A DNA stretch of 64,000 nt from an uncultured Candidatus Rokubacteria bacterium (GCA_963747235.1 CAVVEU010000029.1:198328-262327), one strand, 5' to 3'. Positions 36,397-46,994 are shown, numbered from the stretch's first letter. Notes: a model not told the origin generated them from the letters alone. A program made the numbers and translations.

Positions 36397-37221
36397 TTAC
36401 CGCGCGGCGGAGCCCTCCGGCACGCTCAGGTTATTGACCACCCGCTTCACGCCGTCCACCGACTGGGTCACCCGCTCGGCCAGCAGCTTCTCCGCGCGCG
36501 ACGTGACGGGGCCGGTCAGGATGACGGTGCCGTCCTGCGAGCGGATCTGCACGCTCTGGAGCGGGAGCGCCCGGGTCGAGTAGAGCTCGAACTCGACGCG
36601 CCGCGCCAGCTTGTCGTCGGCGCTCTCCGGGGCGGCCGCGGCATTGGCCACCGTGACCTGGCCGGCGAGGCCCTGCACCCCGGGCACCTGGAGCGCGATC
36701 TGCTCCGCGGCGCGCTTCTGCGCGGGCGTGTCCACCGCCCCGTCCAGCGTGACCACCTTCTTGCTCACCTGGACCGCCAGCGTCCTGTCCTTGAGCTCCG
36801 GGCTGCGGGCGAGCTGGTCGATCACCAGGGTCTTGATCTCGAGATCCGCGACGCGGTCGCCGAGCTGCGCCACGTCCTGATTGCCGCGGGCTCCCGGGTT
36901 CACCGTGAGGTTGTTGTGAACCGCGGTGACACCGGAGGTGTCCTGGGTGATGGCGGCCGCGAGCCGGCGCGTCTCTTCGCTGGGCACCTCGCCGGTCAAG
37001 GTCACCTCGCCGCGATTCGTGCTGGTCTTGACCTCGAACGCGGAGACGTGCTTGGAGAGCATCAGCGCGGTCTTCACCTTGGAGGTGGTCGCGGCGTCCT
37101 GCGACGACTCCTTGACCGACCGGAGCGTGTCGCCGATGGACGTCGCGCCGTCCCGCTGGTAGATCAGCACGCCGCCGACGATCAGGACGATCAAGATGAT
37201 GGCAACCGCGATCGATCTCAT
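36397..37221 (-). CDS. Triple BON-domain (OsmY-like) membrane-anchored protein
   Basis: N-terminal TM; three 'V.L.G.V......A......GV..V.N.L' repeats. Confidence 0.88.
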   Translation of the reverse strand: MRSIAVAIILIVLIVGGVLIYQRDGATSIGDTLRSVKESSQDAATTSKVKTALMLSKHVSAFEVKTSTNRGEVTLTGEVPSEETRRLAAAITQDTSGVTAVHNNLTVNPGARGNQDVAQLGDRVADLEIKTLVIDQLARSPELKDRTLAVQVSKKVVTLDGAVDTPAQKRAAEQIALQVPGVQGLAGQVTVANAAAAPESADDKLARRVEFELYSTRALPLQSVQIRSQDGTVILTGPVTSRAEKLLAERVTQSVDGVKRVVNNLSVPEGSAAR

Positions 37222-37266
37222 GCGCTCTCTCCTTTGCGGCCGACGCGCGCCGCCGGTGATTGGGCG

Positions 37267-37282
37267 AGCATCCCCCGTGCCA
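37267..37282 (-). promoter_or_regulatory. sigma54 (-24/-12) promoter of BON gene
   Basis: Minus strand TGGCACGGGGGATGCT: GG-N10-GC, ~45 nt before the start. Confidence 0.7.
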
Positions 37283-37495
37283 GCGATCGACCTAGCGGAA
37301 CGCTCGGCTTCTCCGGTAGTTCCGCGCGGCCCTCGGAATCCGACGACGCGGCCCGGCCGGTCAGGGCTTCCGGGGTCGGTAGGGTTTACCGGGAACGCAC
37401 GGCCCGCGGCCGGGAAATTCGTCTGGACGGCCGGCCCTCTCGCGGCATTCTTGGGGCCGCGAGGGCCAGGTGAGCCCGCCGAAAGGGGAGACGCC

Positions 37496-39169
37496 ATGCT
37501 CGATCTTCTGATCAGGAACGCGCGGATCTGCGACGGAACGGGCGCGCCGAGCTTCATGGGCGAGCTGGGGGTCACGGACGGGCTCATCCGGTCCGTCGGC
37601 CCGAAGAACGGCCAGACCGCCGCGCGGGTGATCGACGCCGACGGGCTCGTCCTGGCGCCGGGCTTCGTGGACCCCCACACGCACTACGACGCCCAGCTCG
37701 CCTGGGACCCGCTCCTCACCTGCTCGCCGTGGCACGGCGTGACCACCGTCGTCATGGGCAACTGCGGCGTGGGCGTGGCCCCGGTGAAGCCCGAGACGCG
37801 CGAGATCCTGATGCAGGACCTGGTCAACGTCGAGGCCATCCCCTACGACGTCATGAAGGCGGGCATCGACTGGCAGTGGGAGAGCTACGGCCAGTACCTC
37901 GACGCGGTGGATCGCCGCGGGCTCGGCATCAACGTGGCCGGCCTCGTGGCGTTCACCCCGCTCCGCCACTACGTGATGGGCGAGGCCTCGTTCGAGCGGG
38001 CCGCCACCGCGGACGAGATCGCGATCATGAGGCGGTTGCTCCGGGAGGCGATGGAGGCGGGCGCCTTCGGCTTCACCACCACGACCTCGCGCAACCACGT
38101 GGGCTACCAGGGCCGGCCGCTGGCCTGCCGCAACGCCAGCCGCGAGGAGCTGGTCGGCGTGGTGCGCGGCCTCCACGACGTGGGCCGCGGGGCGATCGAG
38201 ATCATCCTCAACTCGGGCGGGATGTACGCGGTGAGCGACGAGGACGTGGAGCTCCTGCGGCAGATCACGCAGGCGAGCGGGCGACCGGTGACGTGGCTGG
38301 CGCTCTTCGCCCATCCCGGCCAGCCCGACTTCCACGACCAGACCTTCGCCAAGCTCGGCGATCTCATCAAGCAGGCCATCCCGCAGGTGACGCCGCGGCC
38401 GATCATGAGCCGGGGCGATCTGCGGAACCCGACCATGTTCGGCTCCTTCGTGTCCTGGCAGAAGGCGTTCAACCGGCCCGAGGCCGAGAAGATCGCGATG
38501 TACCGGGATCCCGCGTTCCGCGACGCCTTCCAGCAGGAGCTGGAGAGCCGCCGGCGCGCGCACATGTGGGGCCAGATGCGCGTGCTGGAAGTGGGCCGGC
38601 CGGAGCTGGCCGTCCACGTGGGGCAGACCCTCGAGCAGATCGCGGCGGACCAGGGCAAGCGGCCGGTGGACGCCTACTTCGATCTCGGCCTGGCCGACGA
38701 CCTGGCGACCTGCTTCCAGTCCTCCACCTTCAACTTCGATCCGGCGGGCGTCGAGCGGCTGATCGCCGACGACCGCTGCCTGGTCGGGCTCTCCGACGGC
38801 GGCGCGCACGTGGACGTCATCTGCGACGTGGGGTACGCCACCGCCCTGCTCGACCTCTGGGTGCGCCGCACCGGCGTGCTCAGCCTCGAGAAGGCGGTGC
38901 ACAAGCTGACGCAGGTGCCGGCCACCGTGTTCGGCATTCCCAACCGCGGCGTGCTGGAGGAGGGCAAGGTCGCCGATCTCGTGCTGTTCGACCCGGCGAC
39001 GGTCACCGCCAAGGCGCCCCGGTACGTGAACGACCTGCCGTGCAATGGCCGGCGGCTGATCTCCGAGTCCGAGGGGATCAAGGGCGTGTTCGTGGCGGGC
39101 ACCCAGCTCTACGACGAGGGCAAGCACAGCGGCGCGATGCCCGGCCGCATCCTGCGCAGCTACGAGTAG
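37496..39169 (+). CDS. N-acyl-D-amino-acid deacylase family amidohydrolase
   Basis: 'APGFVDPHTHYDAQ', 'GVTTVVMGNCG', 'SDGGAH', 'ADLVLFDP'. Confidence 0.9.
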   Translation: MLDLLIRNARICDGTGAPSFMGELGVTDGLIRSVGPKNGQTAARVIDADGLVLAPGFVDPHTHYDAQLAWDPLLTCSPWHGVTTVVMGNCGVGVAPVKPETREILMQDLVNVEAIPYDVMKAGIDWQWESYGQYLDAVDRRGLGINVAGLVAFTPLRHYVMGEASFERAATADEIAIMRRLLREAMEAGAFGFTTTTSRNHVGYQGRPLACRNASREELVGVVRGLHDVGRGAIEIILNSGGMYAVSDEDVELLRQITQASGRPVTWLALFAHPGQPDFHDQTFAKLGDLIKQAIPQVTPRPIMSRGDLRNPTMFGSFVSWQKAFNRPEAEKIAMYRDPAFRDAFQQELESRRRAHMWGQMRVLEVGRPELAVHVGQTLEQIAADQGKRPVDAYFDLGLADDLATCFQSSTFNFDPAGVERLIADDRCLVGLSDGGAHVDVICDVGYATALLDLWVRRTGVLSLEKAVHKLTQVPATVFGIPNRGVLEEGKVADLVLFDPATVTAKAPRYVNDLPCNGRRLISESEGIKGVFVAGTQLYDEGKHSGAMPGRILRSYE

Positions 39170-39175
39170 CGGGCG

Positions 39176-39937
39176 ATGAGCGAGTTCCTCGGGCTGGACG
39201 GCAAGGTCGCCGTGGTGACCGGGGGCGCGAGCGGTCTCGGCCAGGCGGTGGCCCGCGGCCTGGTGCGCGAGGGCGCGCGCGTCGTGCTCGGCGACATCGA
39301 CAAGGCGGGACTCGAGCGCACCGCGGCCGAGCTCGGCGAACCGGTCCGCTGGCAGCGCACCGACGTCACCCGGCGCGACGACATCGCCGCGCTCTTCACC
39401 CTGTGCGACCAGGCGTTCGGCCCCGTCGAGATCCTGGTCACCTGCGCCGGCATCATCAGCTCCGCTCCGCTCGCCGCGATGACCGAGGACGAGTGGGACC
39501 GCGTGATGGCCATCAACACCAAGGGGACGTTCTTCTGCATCCAGGAGGCGGTCACGCGGATGATTCCGCTGAAGCGCGGCCGCATCATCACGATCGGGTC
39601 GGACAGCGTGACGCGGGGCGGCGGGCGCGTCGCCACCGCGGCCTACACCGCGTCGAAGGGCGCGGTGGTCGCGCTGACCCGCAACATCGCCCGCGACCTG
39701 CTGGGGACCGGCGTCAGCGTCAACTGCGTCAACCCGGGGCCGATCGACTCGCCGATGCACGCGCCCCTCACCGCCGAGCAGCGGGCGCGCGTCGTGGGCA
39801 GCATCCCGCTGGGCTGGATGGCCCGGCCCGAGGAGATCGCCAACGGGGTGCTGTTCCTGGCCTCGAGCCGCGCCGCCAGCTTCATGTACGGGACCAACCT
39901 GAACATCGACGGCGGCACCCAGATGGGCACGAGCTGA
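39176..39937 (+). CDS. SDR family oxidoreductase (FabG-like)
   Basis: 'TGGASGLG', 'YTASKG', 'NPGPI', 'NIDGG'. Confidence 0.9.
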   Translation: MSEFLGLDGKVAVVTGGASGLGQAVARGLVREGARVVLGDIDKAGLERTAAELGEPVRWQRTDVTRRDDIAALFTLCDQAFGPVEILVTCAGIISSAPLAAMTEDEWDRVMAINTKGTFFCIQEAVTRMIPLKRGRIITIGSDSVTRGGGRVATAAYTASKGAVVALTRNIARDLLGTGVSVNCVNPGPIDSPMHAPLTAEQRARVVGSIPLGWMARPEEIANGVLFLASSRAASFMYGTNLNIDGGTQMGTS

Positions 39938-39940
39938 CCC

Positions 39941-41599
39941 ATGCGCGGCAAGCAGGTCTTCATGGAGAGCCTCATCGCCCACGGGGTGGAGTACATCTTC
40001 GGCAACCCCGGGACCACCGAGAGCCCGATCCTCGACGCGCTGCTGGACTATCCGCAGCTCCGCTACATCGTGGCGCTTCACGAGGGCGTGGCCCTCGGCG
40101 CCGCGAGCTACTACGCCCAGACGAGCGGCCGGCCCGCGGTGGTCAACGTGCACGTGGCGCCGGGCCTCGGCAACGCGCTCGGCATGCTCTACAACGCCTA
40201 CAAGGCGCGCGCGCCGCTGCTGGTGACCGCCGGGCAGCAGGACACGCGCCTGCGACTGCGCGGCCCGGTGCTCGGCCACGACCTGGTGGCGATGGCCGCC
40301 CCGCTCACCAAGTGGAGCGTCCAGGTCGAGCGCGCCGACGAGTTCGCGCTGATCATGCACCGCGCGCTCAAGATCGCCACCGACCCGCCCGCGGGACCGG
40401 TCTTCGTCGCGCTGCCGATCGACGTGCTCGAGCAGGAGACCGACCTCGCCCCGTTCGCCCCGGGCCGGCTCTTCCGGGCGCCCGAGCCCGACCCCGCCGG
40501 CATCCAGGCGGCCGCGGCGCTGCTGCGCGGCGCGCGGCGGCCGGTGCTCGTGGTCGGGGACGACGCGGCGAGCGCGGCGGCCGAGGTGGCGGCGCTGGCC
40601 GAGCAGCTCGGCGCCGCCGTCTGGTGCGAAGGGATCCGGGCGCAGCAGGTGCTGCCGACCGCCCACCCGAACTTCCGCCTGGGCCTGCCCTTCGACGCGG
40701 CCGCCATTCGCGGGGCGCTGGACGGCGCGGACGTCGTGCTCCTGGTCGGCGGCCCGTTCTTCGAGGAAGTCTGGTACGCCCCCGGCTCGCCGCTCCCGCC
40801 GGGCGCCGTGGCCATCCAGGTGGAGGCGACGCCCGAGCGCCTGGCGCACAACCTGCCGGTGGCCGTCGGGCTCGTGGGCCAGCCGCGGGCCGCGCTGTCC
40901 GCGCTGCGCGCCGCCGTTCAGCGTGACGCCGGCGCCGCGTTCTCCGAGGCCGCGGCCGGGCGCAACGACGCGCTCCGCGCGCTCAAGGCCCAGGACGCGC
41001 AGGCCCAGCGCGCCCGCGCGGCCAAGCGCTGGGACCACGCGCCGATCTCGGTGCCGCGGCTGATGGCCGAGATCGAGGCGGCCCTGCCGCCCGACGCCAT
41101 CGTCGTGGACGAGTCCATCACCGCCAGCATCGAGCTCGCCCGCACGGTGCAGTTCGAGCGCCCGGGGGACTACCTCGGCGCGCGCGGCGGCGGCATCGGC
41201 CAGGCGCTACCCGGAGCGCTCGGCGTGAAGCTGGCCCAGCCCAACCGTCCCGTGGTCGCGCTCTCGGGCGACGGCTCGGCGATGTACAGCATCCAGGCGC
41301 TCTGGACCGCCGCGCACCACGACCTCGCGGTGGTCTTCGTGATCCTGAACAATCGCGAGTACCGCATCCTCAAGCACAACATGGACACGTACCGCCAGCG
41401 CTTCGGCGCGAAGCCGGACCGCGCGTACCTGAACATGGACCTGGTGACGCCCGATCTCGGCTACGTGGATCTCGCGCGCGGCATGGGCGTGGAAGCCCTG
41501 CGCGTGGCCACGCCGGGCGAGCTGCGCCCCGCGCTGGCGAAGGCGCTCAGCGCGGGGCAGCCCTTCCTGCTGGACGTCGCCATCGAGGGGAAAGGCTAG
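39941..41599 (+). CDS. Thiamine diphosphate enzyme, benzoylformate decarboxylase-like
   Basis: 'IFGNPGTTE', 'HVAPGLGN', 'GDGSAMYSIQALWTAA', 'NNREY'. Confidence 0.88.
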   Translation: MRGKQVFMESLIAHGVEYIFGNPGTTESPILDALLDYPQLRYIVALHEGVALGAASYYAQTSGRPAVVNVHVAPGLGNALGMLYNAYKARAPLLVTAGQQDTRLRLRGPVLGHDLVAMAAPLTKWSVQVERADEFALIMHRALKIATDPPAGPVFVALPIDVLEQETDLAPFAPGRLFRAPEPDPAGIQAAAALLRGARRPVLVVGDDAASAAAEVAALAEQLGAAVWCEGIRAQQVLPTAHPNFRLGLPFDAAAIRGALDGADVVLLVGGPFFEEVWYAPGSPLPPGAVAIQVEATPERLAHNLPVAVGLVGQPRAALSALRAAVQRDAGAAFSEAAAGRNDALRALKAQDAQAQRARAAKRWDHAPISVPRLMAEIEAALPPDAIVVDESITASIELARTVQFERPGDYLGARGGGIGQALPGALGVKLAQPNRPVVALSGDGSAMYSIQALWTAAHHDLAVVFVILNNREYRILKHNMDTYRQRFGAKPDRAYLNMDLVTPDLGYVDLARGMGVEALRVATPGELRPALAKALSAGQPFLLDVAIEGKG

Positions 41600-41602
41600 C
41601 CG

Positions 41603-42412
41603 CTAGCGGGACAAGGGCGGGCCCGGCGTGTCGGGCATGGCCGCCCCCTCCTCGGGCGGCGGAACCGCCAGCGCCGCGGCGGTGAGGCTGTCGGCCAGCA
41701 GGCGCGCGATGCAGCCGTAGCTCACGTCGTTCAGGTGCAGGCCGTCGCGGGAGACGACCTCGTCCATCGTGTACTGGCCGCTCGAGACCCAGTGCTGCAT
41801 GACCGCGAACCGCCGGAACACCGCCACCTTCATGTCGTTGGCGGCCGCGCCGATCGAGCCCACGACGCGCGCGTGCAAGGGCCGCGCGAGCACGCGCGGG
41901 GCGAACTGGGGATCCATCAGCACGACGTCCATCCGCGCCGCCTTGAGCCGCCCGATCCCGTCCCGGACCGCCACGCCGTAGGCCTCGACGTTCCCCGCCC
42001 CGAGCGCGGCGAGACTCCCAGTCTGCCAGATGACGAGCTGTGGCCGATGGGGCAGTACGTCGCGCTCGAAACGCCCCAGCACCTGCGAGATCGTCTCCCC
42101 GCTGACACCCTTGTTGATCACGGTGACCGCGAGGCGCGGCCAGCGGCGCCGTAGCTCCTCGGCGAGCACCGCGGGATACGCGTGCGCCGGATCGGAGGCG
42201 CCGACCCCCTCCGTCGAGGAGGAGCCGATGGCGACAATGACCAGCGCCCGGCCCTGCCGGATGGCGCGGGCGGTGTTGGGCAGCGCCACGCTGAACCGCG
42301 TCAGCTCGTCCGGCACGGTACACCGATGCGCCTCGTCCGCGGCGCGGGCGGGCGGCACCATGAGCAGGACGAGCGCCATCGCCACGCCGAGCGCGAGCCG
42401 GCGCGCGCTCAC
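41603..42412 (-). CDS. Secreted SGNH/GDSL hydrolase
   Basis: Signal peptide, 'AIGSSST', 'NKGVSG', 'WQTG', 'DGLHLND'. Confidence 0.85.
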   Translation of the reverse strand: MSARRLALGVAMALVLLMVPPARAADEAHRCTVPDELTRFSVALPNTARAIRQGRALVIVAIGSSSTEGVGASDPAHAYPAVLAEELRRRWPRLAVTVINKGVSGETISQVLGRFERDVLPHRPQLVIWQTGSLAALGAGNVEAYGVAVRDGIGRLKAARMDVVLMDPQFAPRVLARPLHARVVGSIGAAANDMKVAVFRRFAVMQHWVSSGQYTMDEVVSRDGLHLNDVSYGCIARLLADSLTAAALAVPPPEEGAAMPDTPGPPLSR

Positions 42413-43203
42413 GGCTGGCGCCCGGGCCCCGCCGGCGGGGCGGCGGCGGCGCGGGTCACGAAGTCCGCCATCGCGCGCCCGATGCAGTCGTAGAGCCGGG
42501 CCGCGAGCCGGCGGCGCTTCTCGCTCTCCCGCGTCCTCAGGTCCAGCACGCCGCTCTCGGCCCAGTGGCGCATGAGGCCGTAGCGGTGGAAGACGGGCAC
42601 ATCGTTCGCGTCGGCGAGCTCCCGCAGCGCTCCCAGATACGGCGCGAAGGGGATCATCGCATCGCCGTCGCGCGAGAACTGCGGGTTCATGAGCACCACT
42701 TCGATCCCGGCGACGCGCAGCTCGTCGATCCCGGCCTGCACCGTCTCGCGGAAGTCGTCGACACCGGTTCCGCGCACCGCCTCCATCGTGCCGGTCTCCC
42801 AGATCACCAGCGTCGGCTTCAACGGCAGGACCTCGCGGGCCAGCCGGTCGGCGGCCTCCCGCGCCGTCTGCCGCGACATCGCGAGGTTGACCACCTTGAT
42901 CCGCGCGGCGGGAAACCGGCCGGCGAGCGACCGCGGCGAGGCGCGACGGCCACGAGAGGCCAGGCCCGCCCGCCGCGCTCCCGAGGCTCGAGGCTGCCGC
43001 CGAGCGCCACGATGACGACCTCCGAGCCGGCGGCGAGCGCCCTCGCGGTCTTCGGGAGCGGCGCCTCGAACGCCGCAAAGCCCTCGGGGATGGGACACGC
43101 CGGCTCCTGACCGAAGGCCGCGCGAGGCCGCGGGCGACAGCGGCGAGACCCACGGCCACGATCAGGGCGATCGCGAAGCGCCGGGGCGGCGGATCGCGTT
43201 CAT
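42409..43203 (-). CDS. SGNH-like protein (frameshifted; DxxH apparently absent)
   Basis: 'VVIVALGG', 'LVIWETGT', 'VVLMNPQF', 'YDCIG'. Confidence 0.7.
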
Positions 43204-44363
43204 CACTTCGCCCGCGGCAGCCGGCGCGCGCTCCGCAACCCGGCCGCCGCCGGCCTGCGCGGCGGCGAACCACTCCATCAGCGCCGCGACCGCGGTCATG
43301 ATCCCGATGCCCGACCGCGGAGACCGCGAGCTGCACGGGAACGCGGCCAAAGGACTCGTTGAGCACCAGGTGCCCCATCACCGCGAGCAGGATCCCGAGA
43401 CAGAAGATGTGGAGCGAGTGGCGCCCGCAGATCGACGAACGGCCACGCGACCCGGCCGGCCAGGAACCGCGCTCGAGAAGGGATCAGCCGCGCGACGAGC
43501 AGGGCGAGCGCGAGCACGCTCGCGAAGCGAAGCAGGCCGAGATCCTCCTTGCTCAGGAACGGCCACAATAGCTTTCCGCTGGCCAGCGCGGGGATCGGGG
43601 GTACAGGCCGTGCAGCGTCCAGCTGAAGCGGATCACGAATGCGACCACCGCGAAGCCCACGGCGAGGCGGAATAGCCAGCGGCGGTCGAGCCAGGGCAGC
43701 GCACCGCGGGTGCCTCGCCACCCGAGCCACACCCCGAGGAAGAACAGCGCCTGCCAGCCAAACGGGTTGAAAGCCCAGACCCGATCCGGCCCGGGATAGG
43801 CCGGACAGCGCGATCCGAGAGTCGATCTGCCCCGCCAGCCACAGCGCGAAGGACGCGAAGAGCACGACCGCCGGCCAGACCCGCAACCCAGCCAGCACGA
43901 ACGGGAGGGCGGCCAGCAGCACGATGTACAGCGGCAGGATGTCCATGTAGGCCGGCTGGAACTGCAGCGTCAACGCCTTGACGACCGCCACGCCCGGATC
44001 ATTGAGAAAGTCGGCAGCATGGGACTCCTCGGCGTACAGCGAGGTGTTCAGAGCTTCGACCGTGTACGCCATCATCGCCATGAAGATCACGAACAGGAAG
44101 ACATGCGCGACGTAGAGCTGCCAGACCCGGCGGCCGACGCGTACGGCCCCGATCAGGAAGCCCTGACGATCCATCGCCCGGCCGTACACCATCCCCGCGG
44201 TGTAGCCGGAGATCAGGATGAACACCTCCGCCGCGTCGCCGAACATCAGGGACTGGAGCGTGAACTGCGCCACCACGTTGTCCGGAAGGTGATCGATGAA
44301 GATGCAGAAGAGGGCGAGGCCGCGAAAGAAATCGAGCCGCAGGTCGCGTCCCGCTTCCGTCAA
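43204..44363 (-). CDS. opgC: OpgC-domain membrane acyltransferase, several frameshifts
   Basis: 'RDLRLDFFRGLAL..IFIDH', 'DAAEVF..ISGY', 'DILPLY', 'FNPFGWQ'. Confidence 0.85.
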
Positions 44364-44577
44364 AGGAGTCCCCCCCACCCAGCGGGTAGCCAGCGTGCAG
44401 TCCACGACGTGCGCACCGATCGTACAGACCCCCAAGGTGCCGCGTCAAGCGCCCGGTCCCATCGGCAGCATCCCGCGAGAACACCGGCGCGAGTCGCGGC
44501 TTCCCGGCCCCGGAAAGCCTTACCGACCGAGACGACGCGCGCCGAACGTAAAGCCGCGCCGCGTGCGGAGCCCTCGA

Positions 44578-44593
44578 TGGCATTCGCCGTGCA
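44578..44593 (+). promoter_or_regulatory. sigma54 (-24/-12) promoter
   Basis: TGGCATTCGCCGTGCA: GG-N10-GC, followed by SD GAGAGGAG and ATG 44621. Confidence 0.65.
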
Positions 44594-44620
44594 TGCGAAC
44601 GCCCGAGAGGAGAACAACCC

Positions 44621-44764
44621 ATGAGGCTGATGATTGCCTGCGCGGTGGCGGCGGTGCTCCTGGCCGGATGCGCGAAGAGGGACATGGACGAATGCCGGAA
44701 GGGCGATCGCAGTCGCTGCCCGGGCGAGGCATCGCGCTCGATCGACGTGTCACGACCGTCGTAG
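44621..44764 (+). CDS. 47-aa lipoprotein (not in ORF track)
   Basis: MRLMIACAVAAVLLAG^CAKRDMDECRKGDRSRCPGEASRSIDVSRPS; lipobox LAGC, SD, sigma54 site. Confidence 0.7.
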   Translation: MRLMIACAVAAVLLAGCAKRDMDECRKGDRSRCPGEASRSIDVSRPS

Positions 44765-44858
44765 CGTAGACGGCCCTTGCGGACCGGCCCCGACGGAGCG
44801 AGGATGCTGGGCGTGTCGGCGCCTGGATGCGCGAACCTCAACGACGGAGGACATCGCC

Positions 44859-45966
44859 ATGACCACCCGCAGGGAGTTTCTCCAGATCGGCGCCGGCGCC
44901 CTCGCCGGCCTCGCGTTCGTGGGCTGCGACCTGCTGGCGGCCGCGCCGGCGCGTGCCCAGGCGCGGCGGCGCGAGGTGGTCGTGGCCGGCCGGCGCGCCA
45001 GGACCGTGGACGTGCACGCGCACTGCGCCGTGCCCGAGGCGCTGGCGCTGATGAACCTGAAGCTCGGCGCGCCCGGGACCGCCCTGCCCCCGCTGCTTCA
45101 CATGGCCACGCAGGCGTCGGATCGGCTTCGCGCGATGGACGAGCAAGGCATCGACGTGGAAGCCCTCAGCATCAATCCCTACTGGTACGGGGCGGACCGC
45201 GACCTGGCCCGGCAGATCATTCGCGTGCAGAACGAGAAGCTCGCGGAGGCGTGCGCCGCGCATCCCGACCGCTTCGTGGCCCTCGCCACCGTCGCCCTGC
45301 AGCACCCGGATCTCGCCGCGGAGCAGCTCGAGGAGGGCGTGAAGAAGCACGGGCTGCGGGGCGCCGGCATCGGCGGCAGCGTCAACGGTGAGGAGATCAG
45401 CGATCCGAAGTTCCACCCCTTCTGGGCCAAGGCCGAGCAGCTCGGCGTGCTGGTCTTCATCCATCCGCAGGGCGCGGGCGCGCCGGCGGACCTGGCGAGG
45501 CGGCTCAAGGGTAATGGCTACCTCGACAACGTGATCGGCAACCCGCTCGAGACCACCATCGCGCTCTCGCACCTGATCTTCGAGGGCACGCTCGACCGCT
45601 TTCCCGGGCTCAAGATCTGCGCGGCGCACGCCGGGGGCTACCTGCCGTCATACGCTGGGACGCTCGGATCGTGGGTGCCCCACCCGGCCGGCCGCCTGCC
45701 CGGGCGGCACGTACGGGCCGATCAAGCGGAAGCCGTCCGAGTATCTGAAGGAGATGTACTACGACACGATGGTCTTCTCCGGGGAAGGGGTCCGCCACCT
45801 CGCCGCCGAGGTGGGCGCGGGGCAGCTCATGGTGGGCACCGACTTCCCGTATCCGTGGACGACGACCGCGGTGGACGACATCCTGGAGGCGCCCGGCGTG
45901 AGCGACGCCGACAAGGTGGCCATGCTGGGCGGCAACGCGATGAAGCTGCTCGGGATCCGGGCCTGA
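44859..45966 (+). CDS. Amidohydrolase_2 (ACMSD/LigW-like decarboxylase) with Tat signal, frameshift ~45660
   Basis: 'MTTRREFL' Tat motif, 'DVHAH', 'FIHP', 'AHAGG', 'GTDFPY'. Confidence 0.88.
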
Positions 45967-45968
45967 GC

Positions 45969-46994
45969 GTGGCCGACGCGGCGTTCGTCTCGTGCGGCGG
46001 GGCCGGCGCCCCGCAAGGGCGGCGGCGGGAGGTGGTCGTCAGCGGCAAGCGCGTGAAGACGGTGGACGTGCACGCGCACTGCGCGGTGCCCGCCGCGATG
46101 GCGCTGATGGGGCGCAAGCTGGAGACCGAGGCGCTCCTCATGACCGATACGCGGGGGCGCCTCCAGGCGATGGACGCGCAGGGCATCGACGTGGAAGCGC
46201 TCAGCATCAACCCCTACTGGTACGCGGCGGACCGGGACGTCGCGACGGAGCTGATCCGGATCCAGAACGAGACGCTGGCCGAGATCTGCGCGGCCCAGCC
46301 GGACCGGTTCGTCGCGTTCGCGAGCGTGGCCCTGCAGCATCCGGACCTGGCCGCCGAGCAGCTCGAGCAGGGCGTCAAGCGCTACGGCCTGCGCGGGGCC
46401 GGCCTCGGCGGCAGCGTCGAGGGCCTCGAGCTGAGCGACCCGAAGTTCCACCCCTTCTGGGCCAAGGCCGAGGCGCTGGGCGTCCTCGTGTTCATCCACC
46501 CGCAGGGCACGATCGAGCTGGAGCGGACGGGCCGGCTCGCGGGCAACGGGCTCCTCACCAACACCATCGGCAACCCGCTCGAGACGACGATCGCGCTCTC
46601 GCATCTCATCTTCGAGGGCACCCTCGACCGCTTCCCCGGGCTCAAGATCTGCGCCGCCCACGGCGGGGGCTACCTGCCGTCCTACGCCGCGCGCTCGAAC
46701 GCGGTGCAGACGACCTTCCCCCATCGCATGACCGGGACGCTCGAGAAGCGGCCGACGGAGTACGTGCGCCAGCTCTACTTCGACTCGATCGTGTTCACGC
46801 CCGAGGCGCTGCGCCATCTGGCGGTGGAGGCGGGGCCGGGCCAGATCGTCATGGGCACCGACTATCCGTTCCCGTGGACGCAGACGTCGGTGGACCACAT
46901 CCTGGGCACGCCGGAGCTGACCGACGCCGACAAGATCGCGATGCTGGGCGGCACCGCGATGGCGCTGCTGGGGATCAAGGGGCTACCGGGCTAG
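45969..46994 (+). CDS. Amidohydrolase_2 paralogue lacking Tat motif
   Basis: 'DVHAH', 'FIHP', 'AHGGG', 'GTDYPF'; long identical blocks shared with upstream gene. Confidence 0.88.
   Translation: MADAAFVSCGGAGAPQGRRREVVVSGKRVKTVDVHAHCAVPAAMALMGRKLETEALLMTDTRGRLQAMDAQGIDVEALSINPYWYAADRDVATELIRIQNETLAEICAAQPDRFVAFASVALQHPDLAAEQLEQGVKRYGLRGAGLGGSVEGLELSDPKFHPFWAKAEALGVLVFIHPQGTIELERTGRLAGNGLLTNTIGNPLETTIALSHLIFEGTLDRFPGLKICAAHGGGYLPSYAARSNAVQTTFPHRMTGTLEKRPTEYVRQLYFDSIVFTPEALRHLAVEAGPGQIVMGTDYPFPWTQTSVDHILGTPELTDADKIAMLGGTAMALLGIKGLPG

Noticed and set aside
44634-46994. 786-aa double amidohydrolase ORF
   Set aside because: Frameshift at ~45660; the first gene stops at 45966
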